A stretch of 64,000 nt of DNA, taken from Eledone cirrhosa (Eukaryota). The notes beneath the pieces are model-generated. The model ran no database searches, was not told the DNA's origin, and saw only the letters and a program-made list of their open reading frames with translations. Both the position numbers and the translations under genes were made by a program. Numbering within the stretch: position 1 is the first letter of the stretch; every line of letters starts with the position of its first letter. Below, piece by piece: positions 53,804 to 64,000 of this stretch. The DNA lies in the NCBI GenBank assembly GCA_964016885.1, contig OZ024740.1:310124001-310188000 (forward strand), in the 5' to 3' direction.

Positions 53804-54869
53804 CATATTTATATATGGAAAAAGTAAAGTGAAACGACAAATCAAACAATATGTTACAGTAAAGCTATAACGCTTGGCATAGAAGTCAAAGTCTTTACAT
53901 TCTGGATAATAGTACATTCTGGATAATAAAAAAATGTATTAGAGAAGATAGAGGGTAAGAAGGGGAAGGAACGGATCGTTTGTAGAAAAAAGCACGTGTG
54001 TCTATGTGTCGTTGGGCATTTTTAGTTGTGAAATTATATGGATACAAAAGCATCATTTCTTTATTTATCATTCGCCAAATATCAAGAATATTCTAAATAT
54101 GCTCAGTAGTATATCTGACAGATATTTATAGATTGAAGATCTATAAATCGGAATAAATATATTTTATTTCAACATCAAAATTTATATTTACTCTTAGTTG
54201 TATATATAATACATTTACAGGATTTCAATATAACCTTAAATTAAATAACTAGTTCAACATTAAACCTGCTTTCTTTTTATGAAGGATAAATAATAATGAG
54301 TTACATTCAATCTATCAAACGTGATATTGAACTTTTTCTATAATTCAATTTCAACTTCAAGCCAAAGATAATTTAAAAATATGCTTTATGAAGGACGTTT
54401 CAAATGAAATATGATTAACAAATATCTGAAAGAAATAACTTATGTTTGTTAGAAAGTGATTTATTACTGCTTACTATATTTACCTCGACTACTTTATTTT
54501 CCGTAATAGTTCATTCAATATAATGCAATACAATGAACTCTTTTATTCACATAAGCGGCTAGCAGAGCCTTACACTCTTTTTGTTTTACAAAGCTATAGA
54601 AACCACGCAAATATCTAATTGATTATAGACATGGAAATATGACTTCATGATTTACAAAATACAATGTGCTGCATTGTTTTCTTATATTATGCGGGGGTGG
54701 TGCTAATGTACATATAATTATATCTAATCATATCTAAAGACTAACATAATTGTACTTAAAAATTCACCCATGGCTAATTCATGTGTATATGTCTGTTGCA
54801 TAATATTGTATAAAAATATAAAATAGTATTATATTATACGAAATTATAATGGATGGCTGAAACAGGTAA

Positions 54870-54969
54870 AAGGGTGTCCCATATAAATGTGTACACAAAG
54901 GCTGTGCATTCTAATAAATATTGCCTGTAGAGGTAATCAAAGTGTGTATATATTTTGGGGGACACCCTG

Positions 54970-54970
<1 letters not shown>
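54870..54970. mobile_element. Tc1/mariner-type MITE
   Basis: AGGGTGTCCCATATAAATGTGTACACA ... TGTGTATATATTTTGGGGGACACCCTG|TA. Confidence 0.65.
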
Positions 54971-55000
<30 letters not shown>

Positions 55001-55061
55001 AAAAGTTATCGCCCTACATGGCTGAATACAATAAATGTAATCTGAGTTTTGCGAATATTAA

Positions 55062-55281
55062 TAATGATTTCTAGTAGAGGCACAAGGCCAGTAATTGGGG
55101 GAGGCAGGAGAAAGTCGATTAAATCGCCCCCAGTACGTTATTGGTGCTTTATTTTATCGACCCGGTAAGGATGAAAGGCAAAGTTAACCTCGGCAAGATT
55201 TGAAGTCAGACCGTAAGGGACCGTAACTCTATGCTTACAAAGCATGATGTCTGATGCTCTACTGATACTGCCAATCCACCT
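55062..55281 (-). mobile_element. tRNA-derived SINE (variant with extra 3' segment)
   Basis: A-box, core, TCGATTAAATCG insert. Confidence 0.85.
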
Positions 55282-55365
55282 TCGATTATTAATAAAAATA
55301 TTCGATTTGTTTGCAATTAAGCAAACAGCCTCTTTTAAGCTCTTGTGTTGGCATGTAAACAGAAC

Positions 55366-55448
<83 letters not shown>

Positions 55449-55767
55449 TCTGTGCGTATACTTATACACATATAATATATATAGAAAGTCTCGGAAAGAA
55501 TGTATGAATAAAAGGTATAAAGGCAACTGAAAGGAACTAAATAAAGGAGTAAATAAGAATAAAACAAATACTGGGAGGTGATGGTAATTCCGAAGGTTCT
55601 CTGTCTTTGAGAGACACTAAACATATAATGTACGTTCAATAAATGGGGCATGCCATACAAGGGCAGTTTAGCGTGTTTCAGTTGAATCCTTCGAATCATC
55701 CCACCATCCTCTCTTCATGTTCCTAAACATACCTTTCCGAAATTTCTCCTATAATTACTACTATTCG

Positions 55768-55952
55768 ATGGATTGGCAGTATCGGTAGAAGGTCGGACGC
55801 CATGCTTTCCAGCATAGAGTCACGTCACTTTACGAACTGATTTCAAATCCCGCCGAGGTTAACTTTGCCTTCCATCCTTACGGGGTCGATAAAATAAAGT
55901 ACCAGTAATGTACTGGGTATTTGCTGGCCTTGTGCCAAAAGTAGAAACAGTT
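55768..55952 (+). mobile_element. tRNA-derived SINE
   Basis: A-box, core, GTAGAAAC end. Confidence 0.88.
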
Positions 55953-56638
55953 CTTACTACTATGAACACACGGATATATGTATGTATATATGTATATATA
56001 TGTATATTTATTTATATGTTTGTCATATTTGATGTGTGTATATATATATACATATATATATATATTCATTTTTAGATTAAGCCAATTTTATTCACTAGGG
56101 ATTAAATGCTTATTTTTTAGCATGTATGCATTATACATACACTGACAGCAATTTCAATTGGCTATCACGAATATGATATATTTCAAAATATATAGATAGA
56201 CTGTCCTTTAATAGTATATTATCGAAAAACCGTTTTTGTCTATTTAAACGTTTATCTTTTGACATGATTCCCTCGGGCTTTAATAATTATCAATTAATCT
56301 TTCGCCTAATATATACTTTTCCATTTCTATAGTATAAATCACTATTAAAAATTGCCTACTTAAATATGAGGAGGAAAGCATATTTTTATACGAGGTACTT
56401 ATATAACTATTACCCAGTATTTGCAAATTATTCAAATAAAAAGATCATGAAATTACTGTTTGTACCCTAATTTTGGAATACTTTATCCTGTAAAAGTATT
56501 GTATGTTTCATCCGAATGTATATATCTTTGGTCTTAGTATATTCTATATAATCTGTATGAGACTGCACACAGACTGGTCATTGCTAACTTGATTTATTTT
56601 CGTCTTTTTTTCGTTGCAAGCATTGTGTAATATAAATA

Positions 56639-56756
<118 letters not shown>

Positions 56757-57699
56757 TAATTATTACAGTTTGAAAATATGTTAGTTGATCTAAGATAGAA
56801 TTTGAATATTTGTGATAGGGGATCAAATCAAGAATAATTAACTGAAATATACTACAGTTGTAGAAATAGTCGACCACAGAAATAAATGCTATAAAATATT
56901 AAACCGTTTACCTTTTTGCTCTTCAGCACGTGATAATTTTAACTGATACGGTCACGGAATATGCAATAATTGCCAATATTTTAGTATAGATTATTGACTC
57001 GATTATACGCTGTAGAAGTCATTATTAGTAGTACTTGAATAGATAAACTTGTTACATAATTGTAGTGTAATAGCTATATGTTCTTAGCACATGAGTCTGA
57101 CAATATTGGGATTTTCTGTTGGTCAAAGTGTCGGTAATAGTCATGGGAATATTACTATTTCAGCTGCGAACACATTTTCGTTACTTTGTGAAAACATCTC
57201 ACATAGAAAAATATATAAACTATCTATTTCATGTTTAAAATCTTCAAGCTGTATGTTTTTCATTATTTGGCATCTAGCGTAAGTCACCACAAAAATTAGT
57301 TTCTGGGATCGAGAATGCATACATATTTTAAGGTTTTTCTTATCGTAGACAGACTTATACGTAAAGTAGAATTTTTATATTTTTTATTGGCTGAAGATAA
57401 GGCAGAAACTACCCAGAAAGCTAGAATGTCTTTGTACAGTAGGTTTCGAGACAAAGCATATTTATAAAAGGAAATTAATTCAGAGCAAATTGCTATATAC
57501 TAACTTTCTCAGAGTATAAATATATAATTGGTCGTGTGTTCGTGAGTACGTGTTTATAAATGTGTGTTACCTTTATGTATGCCTGTATGCATTTCTCTAG
57601 GAATGCAGACCTGACAACTTTTAAAAATCCAAACGAGGAGTGCCATTAAAAAAGTGCCCCAAAACGGGAAAAAATGAGGCAAAATGGGTAGATTATACA

Positions 57700-57800
57700 T
57701 AATTGTTTCTACTTTAGGCACAAGGCCAGCAATTACCCAGTGCATTACTGGTACTTTATTTTATCGACTCCGTAAGGATGAAAGGCAAAGTCAACCTCGG
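57700..57800 (-). mobile_element. 5'-truncated SINE with 18-bp TSD (1 mismatch)
   Basis: GGGTAGATTATACATAAT (57686-57703) and GGGTAAATTATACATAAT (57799-57816). Confidence 0.88.
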
Positions 57801-58019
57801 GTAAATTATACATAATGAAAGCTATAGCCATTTCCACAAAAGAAGACAACTCTCGCCCACCTCAAAGTGGGAGGGAGATCTCTCCGTTGGACGGGGAGAG
57901 TTGACAGGTCTGGAAATATGTTTAGTCGCGGCAAAAATAAATATTTTCAGAAATTTCGGTGAACCTCTCAGACAGCAATCAAATTATATCACTTCATTGT
58001 CTATTCAACACACATATAC

Positions 58020-58113
<94 letters not shown>

Positions 58114-59528
58114 ATATATATAGTGTGTGTGTATGTGTGTGTGTGTTTCATTCGAGTATGTATATTATATTCATTTGAAACCTGGTCCTCCCAGTGCGCG
58201 ACATCACATCACCTTGGGGGAATTACTTGATGGTTTACTAGAGAGGGTGGAGCAACGCCCATTACGTAATGAATATTTAATGCATATTCTTATACAGAAA
58301 CATCGTAAGTCGACGGATGCATCTTGAAAAAGGCTGTCTCCCTCATACTCATATTCAGAGAGGGTTAGGGGTTGGGATATAAGGATGATGTCTGAGGTTA
58401 TGGGGGTATGACTTAGTTCTAATATAGGCATTTAGTTCATGATTGGCTCGGTCATTACGAAAGGAATGTTTATGAGTTTGTAATAAGACGGCCATGTCCA
58501 ATAGATGCTTGGTTTATTGTTGGCTTTGTTTTCCGAGTGCATTTTTAGGTAAATGGTCATTCGATGATTGTTTGCGTTTAGTCTAAATATATGTATATAG
58601 TGTATATATATGTGTATTGTAAGTGTATGTATAATTAGGGTAGTTATTAAAGGTGAATAGACTGGTTGGAGCAATAATAGTCTTGTTACGTATATACTCA
58701 TCAATCTTCGAAATGATTCAAACTATGGAATACTGTTCACTAGAGACTAGTTAAAGCAGCCAGAATACAGTTTATAATTTTATGTCAAATTATGAAAAAA
58801 TAACATTAACACAAACGGAGATTTAATCAAGAAAATTAAAATTTACCAAGAAGGCGGGCTTAATTTAACAGCTTTCTTTGATGTGCCATTAACATACGTT
58901 TCTTGTATTATCTGGCCAGGCAAAATATGAACATTGTAGTAATAGATGAAGTAGAATAAATAACAAAATTATACAGCATATGTTTAAATATACGCCTCCT
59001 TTATCATTTATGCTGAGTATCTTGGCCAGATGATTTATAAAGAAAAATCGATAGAAAATGTAGCTTTTTCTTGCTCCAGCAACGAATGATTTACCGTCAC
59101 AGAAACAGGATAAAATCCTGAAAAACTTGAATCAGACCTTCTCACACGGTTACTGAATTAACTGTGAAATAAACAAGGCTTGACAAACCCATAACAAGAT
59201 TTATCATGTCTATTAAACGGAAATATATTGCATATGCTTTAATCCCCCCAACTATCTCTATCTCTTACATACACACACACACACTATATATCTCTCTCTC
59301 TTTCTCAATCTCAATCTCTCTCTTGCAACTATGTAAAAACGTCAACTACCATTTTTTTCGTGATGGTTTAACCATTATCAACAATGTCTACTTATTTACT
59401 TATCCTTTATTAAAGTTGAGATTACCTAATATACAGATGTTGAAGATATCTGTATATATATATATATATATACACACATACTTATTGGTATATATATATA
59501 TATAATGTGTATATAAATATGATATTTC

Positions 59529-59603
<75 letters not shown>

Positions 59604-59607
59604 TATA

Positions 59608-59668
<61 letters not shown>

Positions 59669-59828
59669 CATATACATATATATATATATATAATATAAGA
59701 TCAAAAGATGGTTAAAAGAGTTCCATGTATTTTATTATGCGCATCTCAAAAACAAATATCATAATGAGATGACATTTGCGTTTTCGTCAGATACAATAGG
59801 GAGACATGATATGAAGGTTAAAAAACAC

Positions 59829-59934
<106 letters not shown>

Positions 59935-60312
59935 CGGAAATATATTTTGAACGCAGTGAGCGAAGCTTTATTGTTGAAATAGAAAAAGAATCGGCACCTT
60001 AAAAATGATTGCACAAGATAGTCTAATAATAGGGCGTATACACCAACAGAACGGAGAAAGATGGTGATAAGCACACATTGGTATCGAACCCACACTTCTC
60101 CTTTGTTTACATGCCCCTATTAAGTTGTAGCTTCTACAAACAACGATAAAAGCTGGTTGGTTTCATTCGCATGATGGTAGCGTACTTGTCTGGAAAATAC
60201 CAATTGTGTGTCCTGCTTCCATGTCTTCTGATACACACCTTTTTCGTTCAGTCGGTTTCTACACCCCATTGTGTAGTCAAAGTTACGCTGACGCTTCTAT
60301 TTCTATTTCAAT

Positions 60313-60351
<39 letters not shown>

Positions 60352-60399
60352 GGTGTATGAGATAGCAAATGTACAATTTAAAAGGCCTTTTTTTTAATT

Positions 60400-60572
60400 T
60401 CACATCGAACAACACATGCTCCACAGAGGATTGGCTCTAGGTGTTATCGATGGGATAGACCCGACTCCAGCATTTGTTTGCTCACAAGGGAGATGGAAAT
60501 GATTTGATTTAATCCACATATCTGGCGAGCAGATCGATACTGGAATCAGTTTTCTTACTTCGAGCAAATCAG
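60400..60572 (-). CDS. Candidate terminal coding exon of an unidentified host gene
   Basis: Acceptor TGTTTTACAG, open frame DLLEVRKLIPVSICSPDMW..RANPLWSMCCSM*, locally higher GC, no TE motif recognised. Confidence 0.35.
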
Positions 60573-61171
60573 CTGTAAAACATATGATATTCAACATGTA
60601 ATAAAAACATCTGGAAATGAAACTTCGTTATCTCATATTCTCAGTTACCTATCTTCGCGGTAACGACCGACTACTCGTTTTGTCATACGACTCACAAAAC
60701 GATGCTTTTATAACATAAATCTAAAATTATGACAATTGTGGAATACTCTTCTGTTATGATAGGCTTATTTTCATTAGTTACATTTTTCTATTATATTATC
60801 ATTAATTTGTCTAATTAGAAAATGATCCTGAAAATCGATTTTACCTTTTGACTCTACCATCGTTACATACAAATGGTATAATTTACTTGTTTGCTGTTTT
60901 AGTAATGGTATTTTTTTGAAATTTGATTGAAAGATAAAATAGATATTTCATTTAAAATAACTACCAACTTTGTAAATAGTAACGTAGTTTGTTATACGTT
61001 GTATAATACATAAGAAGCATTGCAATGCACATAATAGCATCATTATGGTTGTATATTCTCTGACTGTTTAGAACCAGTGCTATACTCAGTTCGCAGCTAC
61101 ATATTTACATTAATTCCTATTCTTTAAACAATACAGATGACAAATAGAAGTGATGTATCCAATTATATATA

Positions 61172-61238
<67 letters not shown>

Positions 61239-61535
61239 GACGTGAATAGACTCCCTGATGACGTAAGGTTTCTCTATGGATACGCTCCGTAACCATATTT
61301 ATTCCCTTACAGAAACTAATTAGTTGGAGTGAAATTTTAGTAAGTAAGTCAATTTTCATAACTTTCTTATTTACGTCTTTCATATAATTGTTCTGCATCC
61401 CCTTGCATAGAACCACACAGTTACTAAGACAAAACATATATATTTGCTAACATAGGCGTACATCTGTATACATATGTTGGTAGATATACTAATTCTTTAT
61501 ATATATATATATATATATATATATGCATTTATATA

Positions 61536-61607
<72 letters not shown>

Positions 61608-61630
61608 CATACATACATATATATATAGAG

Positions 61631-61665
<35 letters not shown>

Positions 61666-63114
61666 TGTGTGTATGTGTGTGTGTGTGTGTGTGCGTGTGT
61701 AGATATATGTGTATATGTTTTTTATGTAATTGTGCATGTATGAGCTTCAGTATTCTCCATGTTTTCCTATGATTTACTCTTTATTGTATACTTTCTAACA
61801 TCAACGTATTGAGAATATATTTTTCTTATACATTAGCTTATCAGCATGTTTCATTAATTATATATATTTCAGAAATTTCGTTGTTTCCACTGCCCTATTA
61901 TATACCGCAGGTTACCAATGATTTATCCTATACGAAGCAAGCATATGATCAAAATAAATCGTTTAATCTTACATTTTATTATTGATTAACAACCGTTCAC
62001 GAAACAGGAATGTCAATCTAGTGTTAATATTTTCTTCAATATTTTACCGAATTTCGTGGTTTACATTGATTGATTATTGGCGCTATGCTATCACAAACGA
62101 TATGACGGTGTTGATAGGTGTATGGTAATTGTTATATTTAGATGAATTGCATTGAGTGAAATCCATCCCAAAATATTTACAATCGTTAAAGATCACACAC
62201 TTTGTTTGTAGGAAATAATACACAGAACGATATATATCATGTGCATGCAAAACCAACATGCGGGGCCGTTTTTTATTGAAGTGTTTCGTACATTTGGCAT
62301 GCGTATTGATGTCAGTAAACATTATAAATATATGTAACTGGAGGATGGAAAATAAATATATTTTTATAAATAGAATTTATTTCATAATAAATCATGTATT
62401 ATAATCATGTGTCATTTTGAATACTCAGTGATAGGCTTAAGTGCTTGTAAAGAATATATTTGCGTTTCCAACAATAAGACATCATTTCTGTGGTTACAAC
62501 AAAAATATTCTTTAGTAATCCATCACATTTCTTCTTTTCATAAAGGTTTTTTTATATCTTCAAATGGATATATGACCGTTATTGCAAAAAATGAGTGATA
62601 AAAAATTTAAGTGGTAAACCCTTTTTTGATTTTTCACCCATACTAATGATCAAGATATTTGATTCTTACATTATTATAAAATAGAGAGACTTGAATTCTG
62701 GAATCTAATATTAACATTTGTACTAGAGTTATGTAGCTTTTGTTTTCTGTGTTATCAAGATATTATTGTTTTTATTGTTATATATATGCAATCAAAAATC
62801 ATAAATAAAAAATATATTCGGCATTTAATTGTCGGGCTTTATCAACATCAATAAAAATTTATTTCAGTAATCAGTACAATTTATAATCTCACATTACATT
62901 TCACAATGTAATTTCTATATGTTTTCTTTTCTTCTCTCTCATTTCTAGGGATCCCAATAGCGTGGACTAAGAATTTAAAGAGTTAAATATCACGTCCATT
63001 CTTATAAGTAATCATCTTATGTATAGTAAGAAAACAAAGTGTAAATTTGATCAAATATATGCTATGGTTCCATATATATTTAATTCTCTCAGAAATAATT
63101 CCCCAACCACTTAC

Positions 63115-63240
<126 letters not shown>

Positions 63241-63338
63241 ATATAGAAATGGTTTCTACAGGATTAGAACTGTTTCATTCGAAGGAAATGTATTGAATAC
63301 CTTACTTACTGTGGTTACCCCCAATTGAACCCGGGACT

Positions 63339-63448
<110 letters not shown>

Positions 63449-64000
63449 TGTGTGTGTAAGTGTGTGTGTGTGCTTATTTTTATCAACCCATTAATTATGC
63501 AATGTCCATAAATATGTTTATATATACTTCATATCTATAAATACAAGTGCACATATACTTCACATATTAAAAGAGCAATAACAAGAGCTTTAATTATCAT
63601 ATGGTGTTTTATAAAAGAAAATATTGCAATATTCGTAACTAAATAATAATCAAATAACTGTACTAAGTACACCAATAAATATAATAATGAGGAAAACAAA
63701 GATCATCAATAATTACACCAGCAGATTTGAAAGCAAGCAGCGTAAGTAACATCCGCAGCAGCAGCAGCAACAACATTGAAAACAACATCAATGACATATT
63801 AAACTCCAGGAACCACAACCATCCAAAATATTCACAATGTCTACAAATCATAATCGAAGTTTGCCATGTGAAACACGCAAATTCAAGTAATTCTAGCGTT
63901 TATTTTATCTTTGAACCTGGGGATATTGTTAATGCTGTTGTTTTAGTTGCTGTCACTGCTGAAAGATTTTACTAAAAATTCGTTACATAAAGAAAATTTA

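Overview
AT-rich eukaryotic (invertebrate) DNA. The repeat content suggests a cephalopod such as Octopus, which is an inference. The window is almost entirely transposon debris and (TA)n/(CA)n/(ATT)n microsatellites, with no intact multi-exon host gene visible. Recognisable elements are: two Tx1/L1-like LINEs plus a 3' fragment; several R4/Dong-like LINE copies with a restriction-like endonuclease; three RTE fragments; a CRE-like remnant; a Penelope-like element (PLE: RT + GIY-YIG); about 20 copies of a tRNA-derived SINE; a hAT transposase fossil; a non-autonomous Helitron; and a Tc1/mariner-type MITE. The most striking signal is a set of at least five unrelated fold-back (palindromic) elements in (TA)n tracts. 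Each carries minimal type-I hammerhead ribozyme motifs (or their 3' halves) reading outward from the axis. One is a 468-bp tandem retrozyme-like unit, and one family shares its terminus and ribozyme style with the coding PLE. A second signal is an (ATT)n-targeting Tx1-like LINE whose last ~30 nt resemble the SINE 3' end, making a candidate LINE-SINE pair. One candidate host terminal exon ending in a CaaX-like motif was also noticed. All coordinates were read by eye; boundaries of degraded elements are approximate.
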